Below are positions 24,581 through 36,710 of a stretch of 64,000 nucleotides of DNA, piece after piece. This DNA is from Thalia democratica (Eukaryota). The number at the start of each line of letters is the position of its first letter. Position 1 is the stretch's first letter. Made by a program: the position numbers and the translations under genes. The notes beneath the pieces were generated by a model. The model did not search any database. It saw only the letters and a program-made list of their open reading frames with translations, and had not been told where the DNA came from. The stretch is taken from assembly GCA_965202585.1 (NCBI GenBank), contig OZ241832.1, positions 33,666,001 through 33,730,000 on the forward strand. Direction: 5' to 3'.

Positions 24581-25948
24581 GTTTAATTTTTGACATTCCA
24601 CATTCTGGTGGTAAACACACACGCCATACTCGCCTGATGTAACTTTTGTTGAAAGTTATTTAATATATAATGTATACAAACTGAGTTCTTGGTTATAAAA
24701 TTGTAACTTGAGAAAAAGTAATAAAAAAAATGCATGCTATTTTTGTAAAAATAAAATAAAACATTTAATTGGTTAAAACCTGAATAAATTGAAGTTGATT
24801 TTGAATAATATATCATTACAAGTTTTAATTATTAAATAAGTTATAAGAAATATGAAATTTATTTAATAAAAGTTATTTATCTAAAACTTCAAAAGGGTAC
24901 TTTTGATTTAACAACGTTTGAACTGTAAAACGGTTAGAAGTTAACTCGTTGATCAAGATTATATAATACCGGCTAAGTATGTGTTAGTCATTAAAAAACA
25001 CTTGCCTAGCTTTGAATAAAACCCATAAAGGTAAAGAACTTCCTTTTATTTAGACAACTGTTGTAATTTAAAGAAAGATCAAATGATCTATTTAAGTTTG
25101 TTTACACTACTACAGCTACATAATCGGTTAAAAATCAATTAAATATATTTTTTATTTGTTTTATCTTTTGATGGAGCCTTTGATTTATAAGTATCTTAAA
25201 AGTCATTAGTTAATGACTAATGCTTTATCAACTTTAGTAGGGCAAGAAGTTTAAAGACAAGTACATTAAAATTCGATTAGAAATAAGCTTTTAAAGTCCT
25301 ACTACTAGTTAAAAGCTGTTATCTTTATATTTAATTTAATTAAAAGTTATTTAAGTTTCATTCAGATAGCTCAAGTTTGTATCAAAATACTTACCAAGCA
25401 TGCGATGTTTTGTTTTCAAAAACCTTTATATTAAATGTAACATTTATTTATGCACAAAAAACTGCAACACAATGAAGAAATAAATTTTTTGATCGAAGTT
25501 ATCTTACAAATACTTTATTTTTTGAATATTTTTAAGTTGTAAAGGTGTACTGATTTATATCTGGATAATATTTTATCAAAAAAAAGTATTGAATTTTGTT
25601 TGTAAATATTTTGAATTTTATGTTTCTATATATTTTGTAAAAAAATTGCTTTTTGTTAAGATTTTGTCTGAAAACTTAATGCACTAAATTCAAAGTTTAC
25701 TGTTTTACTTTTAATCTAATCCAAAAGCTAGAATGTTTTTATTGTTATTTGATAGTATTTCATAATCTGAACGAAAAAAATTCTTTTTAAATTGAAATAA
25801 GTTTAAAGAGATGTAATACCTATTAGCTATAAGTTGTTTTTGAAATGTTTGTAAAAATATTTCACGATGCTTCTACCAACTTAAAAGTCAGTAGAACGGA
25901 ACGACTTGACGTTGATTTAACTAAAAAGTTTACATCAGTTCGTTTTAA

Positions 25949-26376
25949 GGGGTGCACGACTATTCAAATTCGGACAACTCAAATTCGGACAATTCAAATT
26001 CTTAAAAAAAAATTGAAAGGGCAACTACTAAAAAAGTAATGTATATTTGTCAAATGTAAAAGATACGTATGTAGGTCTTATTAATATCTGCAAGCCATTT
26101 TTTTTATTTTTGCAAAGCATTAAATATTTTTCGAGATATAGCTTAATTAAACTATAAAACATAGTTATTTTTAGTAATTTTAAAATATCTTGAAAAATAT
26201 TTAAGATTTTGCAAAAAAGAAAAAAGTGGCTTGTAGATATCAATAAGATCTACATATGTATTTTTTATTTTTTTTTAAATTTATCATAATTATTGAGATA
26301 TAGTCTTTCAAATATTTTTTTAAGAATTTGAATTGTCGGAATTTGAGTTGTCCGAATTTGAATTGTCATGTAACCC
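25949..26376. mobile_element. Foldback-type MITE (near-complete palindrome, about 430 bp)
   Basis: Termini GGGGTGCACGAC / GTCATGTAACCC. Arms pair through ttcaaattcggacaa subrepeats, gtaggtcttattaatatctgcaagcc vs ggcttgtagatatcaataagatctac, and ttaaatatttttcgagatat vs atatcttgaaaaatatttaa. Flanked by a duplicated (C)GTTTTAA, 7-8 bp. Confidence 0.8.
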
Positions 26377-28149
26377 GTTTTAAGAGCTTAAAAATTTTGT
26401 TGTTGTTTTTAAAACTTGAAAACATTCAAAAGTGACTGCATTAGCGCAAATTCTAACTTAAGTGATCACAAATGAGTTGTTTTAAATGGGTTTTACATAA
26501 TCTAAGACGACTTAGCGGTAGAACATGTCTTAATTGTTGATAAGCTTTTAATTCCTCTATTTTTTAAAAACAACAGCAAGTTGTTTTAAACAGCAAGTGT
26601 TTTTTCGACTTGGCACGCAGCTATGCGAAATATGCAAACACATTTCAACTTTTAAACTTTTTAGTGCTTACGAAAGTGCAAAAATCCAAAACGTTTTACT
26701 TTAAATTATATTTCGTAAATATTTCAGATGAACAGTTTTGGCATTTATATTTAAACAACATTTCACAATGGTTTTATATTTGGAAATAGAGTAACGTCTA
26801 AGATTTTCGTGTATTTTGTACTAATATAGAGGTACTAAATAGCTAAATTACTATTCTACGTCATTCTATACTTGGAAAAAACTGATAATATTTGATACGT
26901 AAAAAACTATAGTACAGCAGTATGGCATAAGGACAAAATAATAAGGTTTTAGTAAGAATCAGAAAAATGTTAGGCAGTTAATTATTTTTACGTCGTTGAT
27001 ATTATCCTTTTAATATTAAAATTTTGAATTTTACTATTTTTTATTTTGGTTATGTAATAAAAAAAATTTAAACAAAATAAAGCAGCGTTGAAAAAACCTA
27101 CTTTTGTCGAATAAATGAAACAAAATAAGGCAATAAAAAGTCATGAAAAACAAAAAATAATTTAAGACCAATTTTCATGAACTAAAACAATATTGAATAC
27201 GTTTGGTTACAATTTCTGTTTTAAAAAAGCAGTTAACTAATTTAAATTTTGTAAAATTAAATTTCTATTCGAAAAAATTAAACCATAATAATTTTATAAA
27301 CATGAGTCATAAAATCTTGAAAGAGCAAAAAAATAGTAAGCTTATTAATAACAATATAAATTATTGTATTTTAGTATCATTAATACAACACAATGTATAT
27401 AAGTACTTATAAAAGTTTTAAATTTTATTTATCTACAAAAATTTGTCACCAACTTTATAATTTTTAACCGGAAGTATTAATAGAAATGATACATTAAAAT
27501 AGTTGGAATAAATTATTAGACAGGTCTAATTTAAATTGTCAGTTAAAGCTTTAAATTAAAACCATTAAACATATCTCAATTTAAGTAAGATACGTGCAAA
27601 AATATCAAATAAATTGAATTGTCATTAATAAAGAAAGTTTAAACCTAGTAAAGATTTTATGATTACTTATTAAACTGTTTATTTAATTTTATCTTTTTTA
27701 TAGACTAGTTTTATTAGTTAATTTAATAACGATGTTGTAAATAAAAATTTTGAAGTAAGTCTTTATTAAAGTTTTACATTAGTATAAACAACTGATAAAT
27801 GAAAAAGATTAAATCTTTCCTGCAAATAAATATGTTTTAAATAAGATTAAAATTAGTCTTTGTAGTGAAACACAAATAGGTGGTCTTATAAAAAAAGACT
27901 TACCTTACTTAAATTAGTTGCAAAAAGCGTATAAACTTAAACACGGTGTGTATAATCAGCAAAGTTACAGATAGGTTTAAAACTTACTTTTATAAGTATT
28001 ATAAATATACAATCAGACTCATGTGTAATGTTACACTTTTGGAATTTAAATATCAATATCAAAATTATTTTTAACTTCATTTTAAAACTCAAACGCATTT
28101 AACTTAAAAATAGCTATTTTATAAAAAAAAATTAAATCTGAAAAATTAT

Positions 28150-28570
28150 TAGCAATTCAGATGGAATGACAAGCATTAAGGGGTTTCAATTTACTTTCCA
28201 TTCTCGCAATGGAAGCCCGAAATAATACCTTTTAATTAAATTTATTTTTAAACTTCCTCTGAAGCGCGTCCAGCAACCTTTGTTTGGCCTCGGGATGGAA
28301 AGACAATGGATAAGTGGACGGAGACAATGGAAGATTGAGTGCGGCATGCAACGAATGCAGCGCTAAACTGATTAGCGGTCGCGCTTCTGCCTCACGGTGG
28401 CCGTGCAAAGTTCAAGGTGTATTGATTGATAAGCACTTGGCTTCTGTTCCCCTTTTTTCATTCGACTTGTGAACTTTTGAGTGCTGTGATTTCCAAGTTT
28501 TCGATAAAACAAGTTGGCAAGATTTGTCGGGAAAAAAGTTTTAGGTAAGTTTTGCTTGCGCGCAAATGTG
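28150..28570 (+). promoter_or_regulatory. Promoter/enhancer-like island ending in a perfect splice donor
   Basis: ACAATGG twice (Sox-like), TGATTGAT (Pbx-like), GCACTTG (NK-like), and AG|GTAAGT at 28545. Confidence 0.45.
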
Positions 28571-29279
28571 TAAAAGTCAAGGAGTAAGTTTTAAATTTGG
28601 GTAAACAGACTTAAAATAAAAGATAAGACTAGTGTTTCTTTGTATGTTATTTTAAAACAATGTTGAAAATGATTATAAAAAAAGTTTTTCATATCAAAAG
28701 TGCAATTTAATAATACGATTAAATTTTTGCTTAATTGCTATCTAAGATGAAAACTTGAGTTTTAACAACATTTTAAGTACCTGCCAAACTTTGTGAAACA
28801 TTAGTTTCAACAATTATTAATTTTGTGCTTGTTTAATTTACAGCGTATACTTTAACAGTTTTATCTATATTTTATTTTAAACACAAAACTTTTTTACTAA
28901 TCAATATTTACATGACAATTTTTAATATATTTTTAAGTTAAAGAAAAAATATTTGTTAGCCATGTTGCACTTGAATTTTGTCATAAGAACCTTGAAGTAT
29001 TTTTCAACTTAAATATTATTATTTTAAGGAGTTAAAATACCTATTTAATAACTTTAGAAATAGAGCTAAATGCATTTTTTATGATGTTATACAGGAGTAT
29101 TTTTTTTATCTGTTTAACTTTAAGTTAACACAATATTTAATCTTTAAAATTTATAAGAAAAAAACATTGTAAGACCGTTTTATCCTTTTTTTGAACAAAA
29201 CTTGTTTCAAAAAGATAAACTCAGTTTGTTTGATTACTTTTTTACTCATAAAGAAAAATGTCTTAAGACTTTAATCAAA

Positions 29280-29550
29280 AAAGGCTTATCTCGCGAAACG
29301 ACTTTTGTCAACAGCACTTAGCCGGGACAGGTCACATCGTAATAATTACGGGGAAGAATTTTCATTATTACGATGCGTGTGAGAATGCTTTGGGTGTGTA
29401 AACAAGATAAACCTTGTAAACATTTGCGCAATGTAATATTTGAAATTAGTTGCCTGTGTGTGTGCGTGCGTTTGAGAACTTGTGTAAACATTATCGAGTT
29501 CTGAAGTAGTCATCTGAACTTTGATGCCTTGTTTGTTTCGTAATTAGTTT
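29280..29550. promoter_or_regulatory. Fox-site cluster, enhancer-like
   Basis: TGTAAACA three times plus TGTTTGTTT, AGATAA and GTGTGAGAA within about 150 bp. Confidence 0.45.
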
Positions 29551-32469
29551 ATAACGTCTCACAAAAAATTTTTTGCTATCTATTATGTTGTAGTTAGAAG
29601 AAAAAAAAGTCGAATGCTGTGAATTTGTGAGAAACTTTCATAATTTTATTATAGTTTTGTTTTTAAAAGTACGAAAGTTAATAAGTGGCAGTTATTACTT
29701 CCATAAATTGCTATGTTTTGACGATCGGTTTAGGTTAAAACCGTATTGAGAGTTCATTAATAGAAAAAATATTTAAAACCTTATTATTACCCGACTATTG
29801 AACTGAAACAAAGAAAGGTTGAAGCTTTGTGCAAAAGTTAACACCTGGTAATTTAGTTATGTATTGATAAAAAGCTTTGAGATAAATAACAAAACTTTAA
29901 AGTTTGTTTTGTACTATAAATGAACTATTTTTAAACCATAAGGTATGTATGTAATTTATTTTACCTTTGAGTAAACTAAGAAATTGAATGAAAAATGCAC
30001 AAATCTATCATAAAAATTCTTATTGAGATAAATTAGGATTTAAAAGGCTTATAAACCTACCAATAAGCTATCTTATATCCTATAAAATTCAATAATATAA
30101 GCCTTACTAATACAAAATATTGTAAAAGTTTATACTTTTTTCTTGGTTTATCGTACAAATATTTGTATAAATTATTCAGACTGCTTTTAAATCATATTTT
30201 TTTGTTTGAATATAGTTATAATTAGCTTCCACAAAAAATAAAGACTGTAAAAATGTTTAAATTTCATACTAGATTATGATAAATTTTATTAACTAAGTAA
30301 CAAAAGTTAAAAAACTCTTATTTAAAATGTTTTGTTTAGAATTCGTTTTACGAACTCGAAAACACTTTTAACATTTAACTTTCTTTTATAGAAGTTCAGG
30401 TGCTTTTATTTTTTTCAGTTTTTGTTTATTAAAGATGCCTTATTTTGAAGATACATGTCTGTAATAGTTTTATAATACAATAAACCTTGACGTTTGTAAG
30501 GCTTAGCGACTTGCTGTAAAATTTTATACTAAAGTAGTATTTCGAACACTAAACACTAATTTGTTCCAAACACTTCAGTTTTAGTTAAACAAGTTAAACC
30601 GTACGTGAAACTAAGACTGCTTACTGAAACTCAGAAAGATTGGCAACAAACATGATCCAGTCAAAAAATAATCTGATCTTTTAAGTTTTTAGTTTATTAG
30701 TTTGAAAATTTTATTGAAAACTGTTAAGAATAACTTCAATTGAAGATTGAAATCTAAAATATAAATATTTTTAACTCGAAAGTTTGCAAAAGTAGCAAAT
30801 TTATATAAAAATAAAGAGCACCTTTGCATTTTTTGATAGAATTAGACACCTTGCACGTATTAAATCTAAGTTTTCTGTTCATACAAGTTGTACAACTTTA
30901 ATTTACAATAACAAAGTTTAACTTCGTCAAATTTTTTTTATATCTTTTTTCTTGTTATTATTAAGAAAAAGTTCACTTATGAATTTAGCGCAAATTATAC
31001 TGCCTGTAAATAGTTTAATACTCTGATTGCTTCCTGTTTATAAAAACATTGATAATATAGACAACTTGTTGATGTAAATTTGAAGTAAGTCTATAAAAAT
31101 TATAAAACAAAACCTATAAACTTGAAAACGTCTTTTTTTAGTTTTTACTTTACATAATGTTTTAAATGAATAAAATTTTATATTTTATTGTTATACTATT
31201 GTTGCAATTAAGAAAAAACTACAAATTTTAAATATTAAGGTTTGAATTATGTTTTTATTAAAATAATTTTTTTAATACATTAATAATGTTGTTTAAAAAA
31301 TTATCAAAATACAAATAATAATTTAAAAAACTTATCGGTAAAAACAATATAGAGTCTTAAAATAAGTAGCTAATTTGTTTTAAGTATGCTCTTTTTATTG
31401 TAATATAACGACAGAGTTAAACAGAAAAGTTGTTTTTAATTTACAAAACTGACACAGTATAAAGTTTAAACCTATCTAGTATTTTGGTGAGAAAGTTGTT
31501 ATCTTAGATGAATTTGTTTGAAGTATTTACAGGAATAAATTTATCATTTCTTTGAACCGATGTTAAAACACTATTGATTAATGTTTTTAAGCTTGTCAAG
31601 TAGTTTTTAAAGACAGTCATTTTTGACTAAAAATAAATAACTTTTTGGTTAGCTTTGTGGAAGTTTTATGATTAAAAATTTAGTTTAATTGAAAAATAAA
31701 GTTGTAGTTTTTAGATAAGCATACGATTAATCTTTATTGTGCCATGTTTTAGTAACAATTTTAAAATAATTCACAATTGTACAAATTTGATGGAATTATT
31801 AGCTTGGTTATACTTAGCTAGAAATAATAATTGTTTTACTCTGGGAAAAAGTTAGCTCAACTAAACAAAACTATAAAACAAAAAGTCTAAATTTATTTCT
31901 TTTAAGCTATAAAATTAGTACAGTACTCTTTAAAGGTTTCAAAAGAATAACATTATTTTTAATCTTCTTACTAAACTTACTTATTACATATAGCATATTA
32001 CATATATTACATATATAATTTGTTGCATTATTGTATTTTCTTAAGTTTGTCCATCGTCTTATGTTTATTTTATTTTACAGGCCTGAAGATCCCTTAGGGG
32101 AGAAACATTGTAGCCTTTGTAAATAAATAAATTTTAAAAATTATTACATATAGCAAAAAATCTTTATATTTTACTTTTATTTTAAACTTAAACAAACTTT
32201 TTTTGTTGAAAATTTAAATTTAACAACACATACAGTTAATAAACTGACAAACAAACTATTTCCATTAAATTAAATAATTCAAATAGAATTTTATTGACAT
32301 TTTCGTTCAAAGTTAAGGTTAAACAACTGTTTTTTAAATAATTACTTTTAGATTACTTTTTGTAATACAATTTTTTGTTTTTCAAAACTAAAACAAGTAT
32401 GTACTTATCTTATCCTGGAATAAATTGTAAGTAATTCTGTGGATTGGAAGGAGTTAACAAAATTAAAAT

Positions 32470-33600
32470 TTTTTTTAAACACCGGAATTTTACATTCAGT
32501 ACATTCACTTGTATTCAGTTGCAGTTCTTTGTACTAAGTTCACAGTGCATCTGGTTTGACAACAAAACAAACAGCAAATCCTGTTTGCATTCTTCCGTCC
32601 ACATTTCTCGAGGTATGGAGTTCATGCTTGATTGGAGCACATGAAATTACGTTAGGTTTTGGCATGCTAGCAAAGACGGGTGGTAGGTGTGATGAGGTAA
32701 TTTGTTGAGTATGATTTAATGCTATCACTTCACACCTTGGTGGAAAGAAACAAAAGAACTCGGAATATCTTGGTGCTTTTTTAATGTAGGTGGAAAACAT
32801 TACGTATTTTGCAGATGCCTCGTGAAAGGTGTCAAAGGATTAAGGTTAATTAACAACGTAATTTGCCCACAGCCACATGAAAAACACGCAGTTAAACAAT
32901 GATCTGCGGCTTTTAAACAAATATTTGGTTGTAAGTTCACACTTGATTTAATTTTGTTTGTCATACAAATGAACAAAGTTTTTGAATGTGGAGAAAAGTT
33001 TAATGTGTAAGTATAACTATTAGCTTTCATACTGTAACTTAAGTCTATTATAAATCAGGTTGAATTTTTTCAAATTTGGTTTCATAAAGATTCTGCTTTC
33101 TTTTTTTAGTAGGTTACAGTTTTACTGTTTTCACTAACTTTTCGTGTTCAAAGAAAGCTAAACTACTTAAACAGGTTATTTTGTTCAAACTTTTCATAAA
33201 GTTATTCAATAACTTAGTTTGAAAACATAAAGTTGCAGCGGTTAATATGTCAGAACACCTAAAAAGCACCAAAATAGCTGAGAAAATTACATCAGTCGTC
33301 TTCAACCTTTTCAAAAACTGTGCACACTAAATTACAGAAAAATAAATTTTGTTAACACTATACTATAAAATAGTAAAATTTAAAAAAATAAACTATTCTT
33401 TATATTTTTAGGTATGTTACTAAATAAACAACGTGTTGAGAACTATCAATTTACTTTTTTTTTTGTGTTTTGTATAAAATGTGTATGAAGTTTACAATAT
33501 AAAATTCTTACAAAAATTATTTCATCTAACTATTTTTTTGTGCAAAGGTGCACACCGTAAAGACCACTAAACTAGGTGAGCTCAAGTTTCAGGTGTGAAA
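32470..33600. promoter_or_regulatory. T-box-site cluster, enhancer-like
   Basis: AGGTGTGA 32685, TCACACCT 32730, AGGTGGAA 32788, AGGTGTCA 32827, AGGTGTGAAA about 33591. Confidence 0.45.
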
Positions 33601-35604
33601 GCTTTTGTTAGATTATTTTACGAAAAAAAGAATTTTTTGAAATTGAAAAATATTCGGAAAAAATGTTTTGACTAGCTCAATATATCATTGTTAACATCGT
33701 CTGTAATTTAAAACTATAGTTTTTTGTAATTTTGAAGCTTTAATAGCAGCAAGAGTTTTAAACTGACTAACCTAAAGATTTATAATGTGTTGTTTATACA
33801 AAGCATTAATAGAAGTAAACCAAAAAAGATTAATTATGTTTATAATTTTACTAAACAGAATTTTGTAACTATTAATATATACTCTTTGAGAAGTTGGTAA
33901 ACAAGTTTAGTAACTTATGAGTTTTAATACGAAAAAAAATCTGAAAATATGAGCTTTTATTTAACTTAAAATAAAAGTATATCAGCTACTAAATCTATAA
34001 TATTAAAAATTTACTTTATAAATTATCTACAAAAAGAATAAACCGAAAAATATTTAAGTTTTAAAACATTAACTATACAAAAAAGCAGGGGTGCGCAAGT
34101 TACAGTACACGAGTCTGATAAGTCATAAAGAAGATTACTTCAACTTGCAATATTTAATTTAATTTATTTGTTTTTAATAAACCTAGATTACTTTTCTTAA
34201 TAAAAGAATGTATTTAAGATTTTAGCTTACATCAAGTATACAAAGGTTTTATTTAGTTAATTTTATTAAAGTTTAAATTTTAATAGTAGTAAATTTGAAA
34301 GTTGTAAAATCTTAAAATGTCTTAAAACCCGCAAAAAACTTAGGTTGTTAAATTGTTGTTTGTAAAAGGCTGAACCCAGTATTAAAAAAGTTTAATATTT
34401 GTTTTAATCACTAGTTTGTATAAACTCATAAAAATATTTACGTCGAACTTTATTACTGCGCCGCAATGTGGTAAAAAACTTATTGCTCTATTTATATATA
34501 GAACTTATTATTAAAGTTATAAATGATACTAATTTCTGTCTATTTCATAAAAATAAACTTTTTAATAGACATTTTTCAATATGTAAATTGTTGAGTAGAA
34601 TGTGTTGTGTAACGCAAAGCATATACGTAGAAGTTTATAAATTGTTATTATATTGAACCGCTAATTTAACTTTCTAACGTACATTGGTTAACGAAAAAGT
34701 TTTGATATTATGTAAAACACTTCTACAGACTAAAAAAGGTAATTTTATTGATTATATTCTAAAAAAATCAAAAATAACTTCTTTTTTTTATTGTTCCTTA
34801 ACCAATCTTACAACACTATCTACTATTAATAAAGTTTTATTAGATCCAACACTAAATTTCCACTTGACTTCTACATACTGTAAGTAAAATCATGTACCTT
34901 TATCATTACGTTCTATAAATGTTATTATAAAAACTGAAAAACTTTTGAACTATTAGAAAAGAAATAATCGTAAAATACAACTTTAAACTTAAATGATATC
35001 TTAGCAGTTTTACATTTATGTAGTTGATGAAAACATAATTATGATTGTAAATATTTTAATTTTATTTTAAATAGTCAAGCAAACAAAAAACGAAGAAAAA
35101 AAATTGTGTATATAGTAAACTGTTAATAAATCAGAAAAGTTTTTTTCAACAAAGTATACAATAAAATAAGTTATAGCTACTTATTCTACGATTTCTTTTT
35201 GTACAAAACAAGTTCTAAAACAAGCAATTGACAATAAAAACCAAGTTAAAAATACATTTTCTAAATTTATTGTTGTTACAGTAAACAAAAACCATTTTGT
35301 ACATTAATTTGAAATTTAAAGTACAAAAGCAACATCTTTGATAAACAATTTCAGCTAGAAATATTGAAACTTTAGTAGCTATATTCTGTAACTGATGTAA
35401 CCAATTTCCCGCAGTATTTTGAAAACCTATACAGTCTATATACAATTAAAATATTAGATTTAAAGCTTAATCTAACGTTATGTATTGCTTTTTTTATTTT
35501 AAAGTCTAAGTTGTTTTATTATCTTATAATTTGCAAAATGCAAAAGTTTTAATAAAGACAGTAACTTACTCATAAAAAATAACAGTAATAACTAAAAAAC
35601 AAAT

Positions 35605-35710
35605 TGTCCTGGACAAGACATTAAACTGTATCCAAGTGGTGTACGACTCGATAGCCGAAAGGTTCTTCGTGCACCAGGTTCTAGAACCATATATTTTGAG
35701 CGCTTTTTTT
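35605..35710 (+). repeat. Short interspersed repeat, copy 1 (partner 45362-45465)
   Basis: tgtcct..acaagac.ttaaa..gtatcc..gt..cgac.cgata.ccgaaa.gtt.tt.cgtgcaccaggt.ctag is shared with 45362-45465. Confidence 0.7.
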
Positions 35711-36179
35711 GAGTAGTAGTAGAAGTATATTCAGAAAGCTGAACGAGTCAAAATTGATACTAAAATAATATTTTTCAATCTGTATGTAAAACTTTTGCAA
35801 GATATGCAATATGAAACTATTAAAACTGTATTTAAACCGTAACTTATGTTATGGATAGACTTAGAGTAAAAAAGATTAAATATTAAATGTTTAGTGATAA
35901 GAAGCTTTCAAGAAAATAACATCTAATTTCTTTTTAATGTTTAGTAAAACTAATTGTTTTTAATGTTGAAACTGGCAAGTGTCAAGTAAAGCTCTACAAC
36001 ACATAAAAAGCTTTCTTTAATTTCTAAATTTTAGATAATCTTAAGGCTTATTTTTTAAATATTACAAAGTTATTTTAATTACTAAGACTATTTCGTCTAA
36101 AACTTGTTGCTCAAAAAAACGAACAAGCAAAATGAAGTTATAAGAGAACTTTAGCAGATTTAAAACGTAAAATGAAGTG

Positions 36180-36710
36180 CTCGGCTACTTAAAATGCCGA
36201 GAGAGATTTATTTACAAAAACTTCACCTTGACAATAACTCTTACCGTGCAACAGAAGTTTAAAAAAAAAACAAAATGACGTCAGCAGATATTCATTAATT
36301 GACAAATCGCAAAAAACAAATCGAATTAGCCAATCAGCGCCCGCCTTGATCCGACAAATCCGCCACGGCACGCTCGCTTGCACCCGGCCCCTCACTTCTC
36401 ACATCAAGCGAATTACCCGCGTCTTCTGCTGATTCGATTATCCGAACTGAAGCGAAAGTCATTAGCTGATTACCGTGGCACTAATTTCGCTCCCTGCACG
36501 AGCGATCCCCAAGCCCGCGTGAATATTCGCTCAGTCGGCGGAGGGCGAAAGTGCTAATACACGTGTCCGGTTGCACGGTTGCCATGGTGAACGCCTGTTG
36601 CGAAATATCTAGCAAAGACGTTTGATCTCGCCGCTAATATAAGTCAAATGTGCATTAGCTTGCTTATTAGCTCAGTTATTCGTAAAAAGAAGAATGGGGA
36701 AAGTAAGAAA
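36180..36710. promoter_or_regulatory. Strong CpG-island promoter candidate
   Basis: TGACGTCA (CRE), AGCCAATCAG (NF-Y consensus), CCCGCC (GC box), CACGTG, and GTTGCCATGGTGAAC (RFX X-box-like, 36578-36592). Confidence 0.5.

Noticed and set aside
28315-28324. TGGACGGAGA, matching the 5' 10 nt of miR-184
   Set aside because: The match ends after 10 nt and I see no complementary arm for a hairpin.
29363-29371. CATTATTAC, the start of miR-126-5p, within a hairpin
   Set aside because: The rest of the mature sequence does not match and the stem is only about 12-15 bp.
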